Below are positions 38,071-50,558 of a stretch of DNA of 64,000 bases, piece by piece. Origin of the DNA: Camelus dromedarius (lineage: Eukaryota); contig NC_087437.1 in NCBI RefSeq assembly GCF_036321535.1, forward strand, positions 109,430,001 through 109,494,000, read 5' to 3'. The position numbers and the translations under genes were made by a program. The notes beneath the pieces are model-generated. The model ran no database searches. It saw only the letters and a list, made by a program, of their open reading frames with translations, and was not told the origin of the DNA. How positions within the stretch are numbered: position 1 is the stretch's first letter; each line of letters starts with the position of its first letter.

Positions 38071-40539
38071 AGGAACACAAATGAATAAAGGTGATAGCAA
38101 TAGAAGAATGTCCTTGGATCCTTTACAAAGTTTTCAAAACAACCTTGATTTCAAATTTTATTTTTTAAGTTTCACCAATAATGATTTGCTTCTAATAGTG
38201 ATAACAGCATGTTTCAACATCTATCTTAAAAGCCCCGTGGTGTGAATGCAATTGTGACTAGAACAGGGTGACACACTTGCATTGTCTTCCTCCATGAACA
38301 CTTTAATTACCTTTGGATTCTCACAAATAAAGTAACTAGCATCTAGCATCCAGCACCAGCTCATTTGTGAAGCCACTAAGAAATACACAGATGAGCGAAT
38401 ATGCTGATTCTGAAACGTACTGGCTAGGCCCGGTCAGCTTGGAAGGGAGGCTGCCAGTCAGTCCCCTGGTGTCTCATTGAAGGGTCTGCGTGCTGACATT
38501 TCCAAAGGCAAGAAACCGGCAGCTTGTGTGGGCTGATGCGTTTGACATCTCTGTTAAGCACTTCATTCTTAGTGACTGAGCACATGGATATAACGGATAG
38601 GGTTTTTAAATTCTCAGAGAGAAAAAAAAAATTACACCTAGGAGCATAAGGTATTCTGGGTTGAAAAGGCATCCTATTCTTTTCTTTGTGTTTGTGTTGG
38701 TAAAGTAAACACAGCGCTCTGATCATCCAGCACAGCCTAGTCTGCAGTTTCTCTAGGCAGCCCTTTCAGAACCATGCAGAAATTTCTCTTCTCACTTGCC
38801 TGGTGCGTCCACGCAAAAACTGGCATTCCTGAAAGATGCCCTGCGAAGTTTTGTGACAGTAAGCATGGCGGGACTGCTGACATCACATAACCTGAAGCAT
38901 GATAAGCACTTACCCAGGAATAACCTGGACTGCGGTGCTACTGAACAGTCTGAAGAACAGAACCCAAGAATTAATTCTTGCCCTAAGAATTTTGCACTTT
39001 ATCCAAACAATGTGTTAGTTCAGTCAAATCCTTTTACCATCAGAATATAAGTTAAATTACTGGCTAAATGGGTGGGTCCTCTTATCTGAGGGCCACCAGA
39101 GATTATGGAGGTTGAAAATCTCTGAGAAAACTCAGTTATTATCACAGAGGATGACAAGACAGACACTTACATGTTTTGTTGGGGAACCAGCTTTCATACA
39201 TATTCTCATATCAACATAAAAAATTAACCTTCTAAATCCAGGAGAGCTGAGCATGATGGACATTGGGATAAACAAGGTTGTGTGGCACTAAACAGATAAA
39301 GAATGTGTCTTAAATAGCAATGTCAAAAGAATGAGACATTCAATATAGCCTGTAGATTAATATATCCCCTATATTGCAAGGTAATAACTCCTTCTCAGAG
39401 CACAAGGCTCAAGATTTCATATAGGTTTTCCTTATTTGACTTGATCTCCTCACACCGTGCTGTAATGCAAACCAGATGCACAACCAGTCCTGATTCCAGA
39501 TAAATCAACACAGTCCCAGAGAAGTGAAGTGGCTGCCTGTCTATCCCATAGTGAGCACTGAGATCACAGGTTAGACCAAAGACCTGATGTATAAATGAAT
39601 GACACCTCAGGAGAAGATGCTGGTGTGTTTCCATTTATTGTTTATGGTGTGCTTTTTTGATTAAAAAAAAAAGTCCTACCCAGAAGGAAAAAAATGCTTA
39701 ACACATATCCTTTTGTCATGGGGAAAATTCATAAATTAATATGAAAGAAGGTGCTCATTACGAATGGGGGAAAAGCCACTTTTGGTCTTCTGATTATGGG
39801 GTAAGCATTCCTAGAGCCAAACTGCCTTTGCTAAGTGTTATTTTTCTCTCATTTTCCACGCTGGGCAACACACTGACTTTCGGTTTCCTCCTTTTCCTTA
39901 AATAAGAAGAAGGGGTCTGGCAGCATTCCATTCCCCCCATTTGCTACAGCAGTTTGTGGTTCCTTTGTGATAAAGGAGAGATAGGCAGATGCAACCCTTA
40001 TTTTTCCCTTATTTACTCTATATAATTTTTCATGTAACTTAGATGCTCCTCCCATTCCGATTTTGGGAGAGCACGCAAATGGATGTGAGATGTCTTACTG
40101 GGCTCCCACAGGCCAGGAGTGCACAGAGGCAGCTGTACAGTTTACAACCTAATTGGCAGTGTCGTAGATCACAGGATGCCCCAAGTTCACCAGGAGGAGA
40201 TAAGGATGTCAGAGAGGACCCCTGAAGAGATACATCAAAAGCTTCTCCCTCTGCCTCTCTCGATAACGATTCTAACTGTGTGCTGCAGGTTGTGGGTTGT
40301 TACGGTGACAGGAGGGGGTATAACTTGGGAGGCCAAGAAAAAAATAATTTAGCCAGGAAGTCATCTGTAAAGTCTTTGGTTGTGAAATAGGTTTAAAATA
40401 TTGGATACGTTTAAAACATTGGTAGGAAGTAGAGTTGAGCTGTAGACTGTAGGATGTGTGTGGGCATTTTTAAGTTAATAAAGCTTTTCAATTTATTTTA
40501 CAAAGGCAATAACATGGAGCCTAATGCAAACTCTGGCAT

Positions 40540-40700
40540 TGGAATGCCTTGTTTCAAAACTAGTCCCCACTATTTAACCACCTGGGCAATCTTGATCTTA
40601 GTTACTTTAACTCTCTGGACCTGCAAAGTGGGGATGATGATGACACCCACTTTGTAAGAATGTTCAGATGTTTAAATGAGTTAAGCATGGAGACAATAAA
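40540..40700 (+). mobile_element. MIR SINE fragment
   Basis: ctgggcaatc...ttactttaactctctggacctgcaaagtggggatgatg...aaatgagttaagcatg. Confidence 0.65.
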
Positions 40701-40769
40701 TGGATTCATAAGAAATGATCAATGCCTTTTGGCCATCATGATTATTTTGTATTTTCACAGAAGATAATA

Positions 40770-41045
40770 CAATTGACCCTTGAACAACACCCGTCTGAAC
40801 TGTGTGAGTCCACTTACACATCGGTATTTTTCAGTCAATATACAGTTGGCCTTCTGAATCTAGGGGTTCAAGCATTTTCAGATTCAACCAACCACAGGTC
40901 TCAAACTTAATACATGATCCATGGTTGGCCAAATTCGACAACGCAGAATCTGCCCATCCTGAGGGCGGACTATGGGACTTGAGCATCCAGGGATTTCGGT
41001 ATCCACGCTGGGTCTGGGAACTGATCCTTTGTATGGATGGCAATA
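40770..41045. mobile_element. TcMar-Tigger MITE (Tigger/MER2 group)
   Basis: TA then caattgacccttgaacaacac...gtccacttacac; ends ggacttgagcatcc...ggtatcc...ggaac, followed by TA. Confidence 0.8.
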
Positions 41046-41059
41046 TAGCGTATGGGTAA

Positions 41060-41305
41060 CATGAAGGCCCTGGAGTCAACTACCTGGATATCATTTCTTG
41101 TTCAATCCCTTCCTAACTGTGTGACTTTGGACAAGTCACTTAACCTCTCTCAGCTTCACTTTCCCACCTGTAAAATAGAGGTATCTGTAATAGATACTTC
41201 ACAAGGTTCTTTTAGAATAAATGGGGAAGCCCCTGTACAATAACAGTGTTTATTTTACAGCTATCAGATTATACGTGCCCAATTGATGTGAGCTGTTATC
41301 ATTAT
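41060..41305 (+). mobile_element. MIR SINE
   Basis: ctgtgtgactttggacaagtcacttaacctctctcagcttcactttcccacctgtaaaatagagg matches the MIR core. Confidence 0.9.
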
Positions 41306-41412
41306 CTAAGGAAGCTATGATTAGTGAGGTGACAGGACACTTGGAATGGGGGTAAAATCATTGCACCAGCCATCATGCTGTGGGATATCTGATTCAGGAT
41401 TCTGCTTGATTA

Positions 41413-41446
<34 letters not shown>

Positions 41447-41517
41447 TAGAGTAAGAGTTTCCACTGACTAAAGAAATGAAATCCATTCATTTTCCCTTCT
41501 CCACTCTTGTTCACTCT

Positions 41518-41939
41518 CATTGATTATAGCCTCCAGAGTTTCCGGGGTAAAATCTGAAACCAGCCCCCCATATGGAGGACAGAGAAAGACTGAGGAAAGC
41601 AGCAGGTCACTCCGGATTGGTGGGTGGCAAGTTTAATAATCAAGGAAACTTACATACAAGGTTTGTCTTGGGGACCTGCAAGACCAGTGGATCTCTGCAT
41701 CCATCTGCCAGAATTTGAAAAGTTTATATAGGGGACTTAACTGAATTCAGTCATGCATACCATGTAGATGGTCTCAACAACACAGTGCTCTATCAAGGCT
41801 ATGTCCTTGGGACAGCCTTGTAGGAAGAGTGGGTAGAACACACATGCCAAGGATGGGAGGGGGTGAGGAGCCTCTGATTGCCCACGTCCAGCTCACAGGT
41901 CAACCATGGGTCATGTCCTCTTGTTTATCTCCTCCAACA
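41518..41939 (-). mobile_element. ERV solo LTR (laurasiatherian-type; family not assigned)
   Basis: Minus strand starts TGTTGG and has TATATAAA then ATTAAA in LTR order; flanks actct/tctct may be a TSD. Confidence 0.7.
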
Positions 41940-42239
41940 TCTCTTAAATACTATTTTGAAAACAGTACATATCAAAATAGTGTACTTATAAAAGGTATGT
42001 CCTTATATCTTGATCATAGGCAAGGTTGAATGATTATGATGATTATTACTATGAGCACAATTAAAAATACCCAACAACTATCACTGGCCAATATTTATAG
42101 AATAAAAATTGCAGATATTGAAATTTATTAAAGTGAAATGTCTTCTAATTCTTAATTATCACCAAAATTGAAAAAAAGTTGAAATTTTACAACTCCATGG
42201 TTGTCACCTAGTAACAGTAAAGGATTGTCTATATATTGT

Positions 42240-42599
42240 AGTATTGTTCCTCTCTATTTGCTGCCTCCCAAGAGGCAGACTACACTTTCCTGTCTTGATG
42301 ATTTGGGGTTTGGCTGTAGGTCTTTTTCTATCATTGGAAGGTAGATGAAAGTGATGATTGACTGGTTCTGAACAGAACCACTCTCCTGAGTCTCTGCCCT
42401 CTGCTATGCCAGCAACATGCCCTAGAGAATGGCTGTTCATTCAAAGAAGTCATATGCAGCCCAGTTAAGCCCAGAAGAACCTGGCAAAATTGTAGCAGAT
42501 CACAGCCATCATGAAACATGGACAATAAGTTAAATATTTGTTTTTATAATTCACTGGGATTTGAGAGTTATTCATGGCTACAGCAAAAGCTGGATAATA
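42240..42599 (+). mobile_element. MaLR solo LTR, MLT1I/J-like
   Basis: gaggcagactacactttcctgtc...ctgccctctgctatgccagcaacatg...acagcaaaagctggataata terminus. Confidence 0.7.
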
Positions 42600-42690
42600 G
42601 GAGGATGGGTAGAGGTCAGTGGTAGAGCACATGCTTAGCATGCTCGAGGTCCTGGGTTCAATCCTTAGTACTTCCGTTAAAATATTTTTT
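42600..42690 (+). mobile_element. Camelid tRNA-derived SINE (Vic-1 type), short-tail form
   Basis: ggtcagtggtagagcacatgcttagcatgctcgaggtcctgggttcaatcc with A and B boxes; 13-bp TSD aagctggataata (42587-42599) vs aagctgaataata (42691-42703). Confidence 0.9.
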
Positions 42691-42703
42691 AAGCTGAATA
42701 ATA

Positions 42704-42905
42704 AATATGGAACCATTTATAGAGGACTTGCTACGTGCCCAGTACTTGGGTGAGCATTATTTTATCTTCTCCGTACTCCTATGAACTAGGCGTCATTATT
42801 CCTGTTTAGCAGATGAAGAACAGAGTCAAAAATGTTGAATAATTTGCTATATAACTCATTAGGGACCAAGTTGAGATTCAATTCACGTCTATCTAACTCA
42901 AGGAC
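42704..42905 (-). mobile_element. MIR SINE
   Basis: acttgctacgtgcccagtac...cctatgaactagg...gcagatgaagaacagagtca. Confidence 0.75.
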
Positions 42906-45149
42906 TAGAGTTGTAGTTGTAGGCAACACAGGTGTGTTACATTCTAAGGATGGAAACTATTAGGGAAAACCCTATAAAATGGTTGATTTTAAAACTGAAT
43001 CATGTCCAAATCCCAGCCATTCCATACAGTTCAACCTAAGAATTCTTGATATATTTAAAAAATGAGAAACAACACACATAGTATTTTCTGACCAAATCCA
43101 AAAGTCAATAATAAATATTGAGAAACAATCAAAATTGTCTAGGACTAGAACTTTTTTGACACTGGATTTACTTATGTGACTCAGACACAGTCCAACCCAC
43201 ACTGGATCATACTTAAGTGATTTAAATTCTCATGGAAAAAAGAAGCCAGATTTTTATTCTAATTCTTTTAGATTCTCAGCACGGTCTCCATGGCCCTTTC
43301 TGCATAAACCCTGGCCTTAAAAAATGCCCCCCGGGTCTCCTTGACTTTCTCTCCCTAGTTGAGCTTTGAGGATTTCTCCCCACTTGAGAGATGAATAATT
43401 CATAAATGGAAACTCTACAACACGAGCCCCACCACTCCTCAGCCTCCCAACTTGGTCATATCCTCATTATGGGAAAAGCCATTCCAAAAGGCAAACAGCT
43501 TTTCATAATTGTTATTTAATGGATATTGCCTGCTCCTGGGATTTCTTTCTCAGTGTCTATTTGTAATTCAAAGGTCAGCTTAATACCACCGGCATACACA
43601 AGGAGATCTGCTCCTCCTGATTGAAATTCAGATACAGTGGCACAGTAGATTAGTCTAGGAGCCTCTTATGTGGTGTGGGTCACACTTAGGATGAATCTGA
43701 CCTCATCTTAATTTTAGGTCTTCACCAGTCACTCAGAAAACTGACCTATGAACGTGGACTATGACCAGGGGCTTTTGTCCCATTGGCTTAGCATAAGGGG
43801 TGGGGTGTGACAGTGTGGAAAGCCTTCGTGCTCTGCTATGGTCATTATCCCTCCCCTTAACTGGCCCTAATATCTCCTAAATGGGTTTCTCCTTAATGTA
43901 ATTTAATCAGGAAAAGGCAGCCCCGGAGAATAATTTAGGCCTCCTATATGTACACATTTGCAGGATTTATATGGCAAGCTACACTTAAATTAGTAACGGC
44001 AGTCTCATTTCAAGATATTATATATTGAAATATTATTCCACAAGAAAGCTGTTTTCCAAGTAGGCATGGATGATGATTATTTATTAGCTTAAAATGTATC
44101 CCTTCTTCCCATCTCACCAAACACCACTTCCATTTCGACTGAGCTCAGAGCTCTCACACACTGCAGTCTATGCGTGAAGGCTGGCTGCTTTTAGATGCGT
44201 TTGTGGCTTGAGTTGCAGGAGAGAAAACTGCTCCCATAAATTTCACACCATTTATGGTAGATACTTGTTTACTTTAAAAATAGAGCGAAATTAAAACTCG
44301 GAAAGGACAACTTCTAGGCTAGCATGGTTTGTGTGTTTGTATATATATGTGTGTGTATGTGTGTGTGCATGAGAGAGAGAGCTTTCTTTTTCTTCTTTCT
44401 GCTTTTATTTTATAGCATGATATTTGGAGTTCAGTATTGAGGTTATTTCCAATCAAATTGCATTCAACCCTGGAACAATGGATAGATTGTCAGCATGGAT
44501 GATAGTGGGTTATGGGCTACAATTCTCTAGGTTTAAATGGAGGATATAAAACTAACGTCTGTAAGGTCAACATTATTTTTTCTCCCCTGGAGAAAATCTG
44601 ACAGTAATTTTGAGGGTAGAGGCTTGAAGAGACCAGCCAATAGTACTTGAAATAAAAGCTAAGAGAAGAATTAAGACTTTAAGCAAGTAAGGTCAAGGAA
44701 TCTAGTTTCCTTGTGAGACCCTGTCACCAATGACAAGGATCACCGTCCAACAGCACCGTCCCACCCCCACTGCCCACTCACCCTCATCCAGCAGTCAATT
44801 GCTAATCTTTGTTCAAATAAATTACACATTGAGGCTTGGATGAGTCTGAAACACAGTCCAATCTGTTTTTTTAACATTAGATATGCAAGACTTTGAAACA
44901 TGATGTGACCAAAGAAAGCTGTTTTTTATTTGTTTGTTTCTGGAGCTTTCTTTAAAGTTAAAAACAACGGCAGGCTGCCATGGAATGCTCACCACATGAT
45001 AGATATTGTATGGAGGGCTTTAAACCCATCATCCCAGAGATAGAGAATATCTGCTACATGGTAACCAATGGCACACATGTGCAGGGCACTGTGGGACACA
45101 ATATTTATTATTCAGTTAATTCTTGAAAAAGCTGTCTGCACTCACAGTT

Positions 45150-45320
45150 TCCATTTTTTCCCTCCTGTTCTCACTTCCAATCTGCTAAGACTTTTACCAC
45201 TATCATTTCACTCTAATTGCTTTTATCAAGGCCACCAGTGGCATCTGTCACAGTAATTCCAATGGTCACTTCTCAGTATGTATCTTTATTGACCTATCAG
45301 CAGCATTTGATGTACTGCTG
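45150..45320 (+). mobile_element. L2 ORF2 reverse transcriptase fragment
   Basis: 45216-45314 translates IAFIKATSGICHSNSNGHFSVCIFIDLSAAFDV, matching the L2 RT motif ...SNGHFSVLILLDLSAAFDT. Confidence 0.85.
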
Positions 45321-45649
45321 GTCATAATGATGACAAAGAATGGACTAAGAGCCAGAAAAGAGAATTTCCTGAGAAATTCGAATTAGAACTACTAATCCAA
45401 AGAAAATAGAAAAGGTATGCTGGCAAAAAGAGATGGTAGAATGAAGAAAAAAGAAGACATGACATAGAATTCATGGGGATAAGATGTCGTGTGGCTGAGT
45501 GAGGGCTGCAGGCAAATCACTGGGAGGCAGCAATGGGCGTTGCTGCTATACTTCTGTGTCCCTTTCACTTGGAAAGTTACAGATTCTGAGGGCCTTAGTT
45601 CTCTAGCTAATGACAATTAAATTAAACCTATAAACATTTTTGAGTAGGC

Positions 45650-45850
45650 GAGAATAATAGGTAGGATTATTGACTGTTTTTAATGTGCCAAGCACTGATT
45701 TAAGGTAATTACATGCATTCATTGATTTATTCCTAAGCAATCTGGGTTCTCATCCCAATTTCACAAATGCCAAACCAAGGCAGACAGTCCAAAAACCTAA
45801 CCCAAGATCACCCACCTCGTGAGTAAATATGCCAGGATTTGGACATTGGG
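45650..45850 (-). mobile_element. MIR SINE
   Basis: atgtgccaagcactgatttaagg...cccaagatcaccc...gccaggatttgga. Confidence 0.65.
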
Positions 45851-45984
45851 AGGATGATAATCATGGTTCCTAAGCACATAGTGTTTGGAACCACCAACTC
45901 AGTCATTACCTGGGATACCCTGATAATATCTTGTAAAGTTGAGACCCATGAAAATGTTAAAAAAAAAAAAAATTCCTCTGCTTT

Positions 45985-46165
45985 ACCATATAGTGTGCTA
46001 TCTTTTCTAAGTGCTTCAAATGTGCAAACCTATTGTGTGCAAATCCTCACAATAAGCCTATAAGATTTGTATATGATTACATTCCCCACTTTACAAGTGA
46101 GGAAACTGAGGCATCAGTAATTCGCTCTAGTTCTTGTAGCTAGTTAGTATGGGACTGGGTGAAAA
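45985..46165 (-). mobile_element. MIR SINE
   Basis: aatcctcacaataagcctataag...ccccactttacaagtgaggaaactgaggc. Confidence 0.85.
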
Positions 46166-46312
46166 GCCATGTACATCTATTATATTACTGCTGTGCATGT
46201 ACATAATTTACAAACAAAAAATACATGTATTGAAGCTCTTATTATATTAACAGAGTTGGATAATTTGAAAATTTTGAGTCTATATTAAAACCTTGAGCTT
46301 ACTGACCTAGAG

Positions 46313-46521
46313 CAAAGATCAGGACATTTTTTCATAAGTGGTCACATGGTAAATGTTGTAGGCTTTGTGGGCCATATAAGTCTATTTCAACTACAGCTCT
46401 GCTAAGGCAGCCATTGACACTATGTAAACAAATAGGCATGGCTGTGTTTCAATAAAACTTTATTTACAAAAACTGGTGGTGGACTGAATTTGGCCCATGG
46501 ACTGTAGTTTTCTGACCCTTG
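46313..46521 (-). mobile_element. MER58A hAT-Charlie MITE
   Basis: taggctttgtgggccatat...ggctgtgtttcaataaaactttatttacaaaaactggtggtggactgaatttggccc is the reverse complement of MER58A. Confidence 0.9.
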
Positions 46522-46579
46522 AATATTCTGTTTAATGAGAATAATCCAAAGTTCTTTCATGATTCTGGTAGAGACTGCT

Positions 46580-47035
46580 ACTTATCCCAATATACCCATT
46601 CTTATTTTCTTTTTTGAAAATAGAATCTTAATTTTTTTTAAGCTGGACATATGGCTGTTCAGAATAGAAGTTATCCCCATTCTTCACCATCTGCAACAAC
46701 CATGTGACAAGTTCTGGTCAATGGAAAGTAAGCAAATGTGGTATGTACCTTTTCCAGAAAATGCTGGCAAAAGGAGGGACTCTCCTCTTCCCTGTGGGCT
46801 GGTATTTGGATGGGATATCTGGAGTCCCAGCAGCTATTTTTGGAGGCCACCTTTGGAATGAAGCTATACACGATGGAGCAGAAAGATAGAAGAAACTTAA
46901 GTTCTTTAAAGCTTGGGGCACCAAGGCATCCTATAGCCAGACTTCTTTTATATGAAAGAGAAATATTCCTCTATCTTGATGAACTTTTATTTGGATTTTC
47001 AGTCACATTCAGCCTAATCTAATCCTGCCTGATGC
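46580..47035 (+). mobile_element. MaLR solo LTR, MLT1J/K-like
   Basis: ccatgtgacaagttctggtcaatggaaagtaagc...gatggagcagaaagatagaag...aatctaatcctgcctgatgca. Confidence 0.75.
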
Positions 47036-47129
47036 AATGGTCATGTATCTTTCTTATCTGTATCAAGAAGATGCACGTGTTTCCTGACACTAGGGAAATG
47101 TCAGGATAGGAATGTGACATGACATAAGA

Positions 47130-47290
47130 AAAGAGAACTGAACTCGAAGTCATAAACCTGGCTCTGCCAGTTACTGTGTGATTCTGGGCAAATGGATTTA
47201 ATATCACTGCCAGTTTCCTCATTTGTAAAGTGGAGTTGGAGTTGGCTGCATCTGACTTACATGGGCGTTGTGAGGCTAAAATGAAATTGA
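47130..47290 (+). mobile_element. MIR SINE
   Basis: cctggctctgccagttactgtgtgattctgggcaaatg...cagtttcctcatttgtaaagtgg. Confidence 0.85.
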
Positions 47291-47691
47291 AAGTGTGAAA
47301 GTGACAGGGTAATATTTATCCAATATTTGCAGAACATGTAAGCGTGTATGTGTATAATTCATGTTACCATGGAAATAATACACTAGGAAGAACAAGGAAA
47401 ATACTAATGTAATTGATGTGTTACCTTAGCAGTGAGATTAAAGATTGTGTGAAGAGAAATTTTTAATTTGATCTTTACACATATATGTATTTATTACAAT
47501 AAGCATGTTCATTTAGAAATTAAAATAATAAGTAAAAGCAAAAAGTATGTCTATAACATAATGAATATATAATGTACACATGTAATAAACATAATTATAA
47601 ATATAACCTGGAATAACACCAAATATGAGGTTCATGTTTGTTGAAACTAAAAATGACAAACTGCAAAACTCATCATTTGTGCAGAGCTGTT

Positions 47692-47692
47692 T

Positions 47693-47760
<68 letters not shown>

Positions 47761-47776
47761 GTTATTATTATTATTA
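47692..47776. repeat. (TTA)~28 microsatellite with two interruptions
   Basis: Read directly; it produces the poly-L/I and poly-N stretches in ORFs 47638-47862 and 47716-47937. Confidence 0.95.
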
Positions 47777-48169
47777 ATTCCAAAATGGAAGAAAAGAAGC
47801 AGAAGGAGGGAAGTGTTAGGGGACTTGACATGGAAGTATTCTTTCAAGCGAGTCTGACCTGAATACATGCCAGCCATGCTGTATGACACACTGTTTCCCG
47901 AAAGTGCTAGACATCTTTTATTTCTGTATATCAACATGGGTTGCTCTTTCTAACACATATGCCATTCCCTGCTTAATAAACTTATGCTCATCTTCGTACT
48001 CAATTTTTTTTATTTTTTCATAAACCCTTTTCCAACTCTCCCATGCAGAATAGATTTCTTCCTGTAACGCTTCCATACATTATAAACATATTTGTCATAG
48101 CATTTCATAATTATTTATTTACATGCTTCTGTCCCAAAGTAGAATGAAACCTCTAAGACATCTTCTATT

Positions 48170-48970
48170 TATCATTCATTCACTGAAAACAATCTTTTGA
48201 GTGTTTCCCAAACATCAGGCACTGTTTACATTCAAGAGTTACTATAGTGTACACATAGACAAACACCATTTCCTCATGAAACTTACATTTCACTAGGGGG
48301 GGAAAACCCTCAAAAGTTAAATATATAAAAAGTCAGATGCTCATGAGGATAAAAAACATGGTTAGTGGATGGGAAGTGAGCAAGGAGGTGCTTTTCAGGT
48401 AGAATGTTCAGAAAAGACATCTCTGACCAGATGTCACTTGTCACACGCACAAAGAACTCAGTAAAGAAATAGGTTAGCTTCGTGGGAGAGCGAAGACCCT
48501 GAGACAGAAGCATGCTGGTCATGTTAAAAGATGCAAGTAAGCCAGTGGGGATGGAGCAAAGTGAGTGTGGAGAGAAGTAACTGCACACCAATTCAGAAGA
48601 AAGGGGGCAAGATCATGAAGATTCTCATAGGTCATGCTAAGGATTTAACCTTCAGTTTTAGTTTAATGGGAAGACTGTATAGGGTTGTGAGAAGGCAAGT
48701 GACAGCCAATCACTGAACAGGATCCACTGCCTTCTCTGTGGAGAACAGATCAAATGAGGACGTGATCAGAATCATAGGGACAAGGAGTAGCTAGGTGAGG
48801 GGTAACGGTGGCTTGGGTGAGGATGGTGGAGGTGGTGAGAAATGGTTGATGCTGAATATATTTTGAAGTTAATTGGAAAGTAGTATCTCCAATTACAGAA
48901 CAGATATTTAATATGCATTTGTGGGAAGGATGAACTATTGAAATAAGTGACTCAAGATTAGACCTAGAGA
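48170..48970 (-). mobile_element. L2a-like fragment, about 0.8 kb including the 3' end
   Basis: cattcattcactgaaaac...caggcactg...cctcatgaaacttacatt...ggtggcttgggtgaggatggtggaggtggtgagaaatggttgatgctgaatatattttgaag. Confidence 0.85.
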
Positions 48971-50091
48971 GTCTTATCATTTAAATAATTACAAAGAAAT
49001 GATTGAGTTTTGGTTCTTAAGCAGAGAGTCATCAAAGAAGCAAAAATGATGTTATGTGTTTCTTGGGTCCTTGTTAAAAAGTTACAGATCTTTTGTAAAA
49101 CTCCTAAGTTTGTAGCTGCAAAAGCAAAGCCTTTAAAAACCAGAAAAGGAAGACTTTATTAGGAAGACTTTTATAAGCAAAATATAGATTAACAGGAAGC
49201 AGTAAAAAGTGTTTACAAAACCTCTGTTATCTGTGGTTTTGGAGAGAAAAATATTCTAATATTTGTACAACTTTAGATGATATAGTGTATCTTTGGATAC
49301 CATATGGATATATTATCACCAAAAATGATGACAAATGATGTTTTACTGGCTTTCTGGTTAAAAAGGATAGTGCAGCTAAGTTTAATTGTGATGGGATATT
49401 TTGCTAGTGGGACTTTAAATTTCTATGAATCATTTTGAGAGATCACATAAATTAAAAATATAAAAGCTTTAAGAATGGTCAAAATCTCTCATTATCCTTA
49501 GAGGGAAAAAAAATGTTGGCCTAAAAAAAAAACTTTAAGAAAGTTTTTGGTTTTTATAAATTACTTCTAATAGCATCCTTTACACCAGTTTTAAGTTTGG
49601 AATGCACATACAGTTGTATGCTAGATCATAACTGTTTAAGTTTGAAACCAGAATTGTTCTGAAATACTTTATTTGAATGCTATTTTAGAGAACAATCTTC
49701 TCCTTCCCCAATCAAATCTGCATGATTTTGTATGATAGGAAATTCCACTCCTGCAGAATAATTTAAACAAGTAACTTGTAGCCTCCTCTCTACTTTCACA
49801 GGCATTCCTGTCCAAAAGGAGGCAGTGGCATTGGATAGTAAGACTGAGAAAAGTGTGATGCACATAGCTTGAACTTCGTTCTCACACTGCACTCAGGCTT
49901 CTCTCTTCCTTATAGAAAAGTACCTGGGTAAAGGTTTGCACATTGGTAACTAAAGTGGGAAGGTTTGAGGGGTAGGAAGCCCATTTAGCCATTTGTTTAA
50001 GCTATGTTCTTTGTTCAAACGTCACTATTCTCCATCTCCATCTATTTGATGCCTGAGACTGTTTCTCAGTTGGCTCAGATCTCAAGGTGAA

Positions 50092-50558
50092 TGTCATGGT
50101 TAATCTTATGTGTCAGCTTGGCTGGGCCATCATGCTCAGATATGTGGTCACACATTATACTGATGTTTCCATGAAAGTGTCTGGGGTAAGATCAATGTTT
50201 AAACTGGGGGACATTGAGTGAAGCAGATTGCCATCTTCGATGTGGGTGGACCTCATTTGATCAGTGGAAGGCCTGAGCAGAACAAAAGACCAACCTCTCC
50301 GGAGCATGAGGGAATTCTGTAGCAGAGTCTTTCATACTTGAGCGAAACACAGGCTCTTCCCTGGGTCTCTAACCTGATGGCCTTTGGGCTTAACTGCAGC
50401 ATCAACCTTCTGGTCCACCCTGCAGATTTGGGGTTTGTTAGCCTCTATAACTGGGGAGCCAATTCCTTGAAATTATATGTATGTACATGTAGAGAGATAG
50501 ATTGAGATCTAGATATCTCATGTGTGTTTTGTTTCTCAGGAGAGCAAATATTAATACA
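50092..50558 (+). mobile_element. ERVL solo LTR, MLT2B-like
   Basis: tgtcatggttaatcttatgtgtcagcttggctgggcca...gtgggtggacctcatttgatcagtggaaggcctgagcagaacaaaaga...taataca; TG...CA termini. Confidence 0.9.

Noticed and set aside
42600-42690. tRNA-Ala-like sequence with A and B boxes (also 52600-52681)
   Set aside because: Has TSDs or an A-rich tail and lacks a proper acceptor stem; these are SINEs, not tRNA genes.
47638-47937. ORFs with poly-Leu/Ile and poly-Asn
   Set aside because: Translations of the (TTA)n microsatellite.
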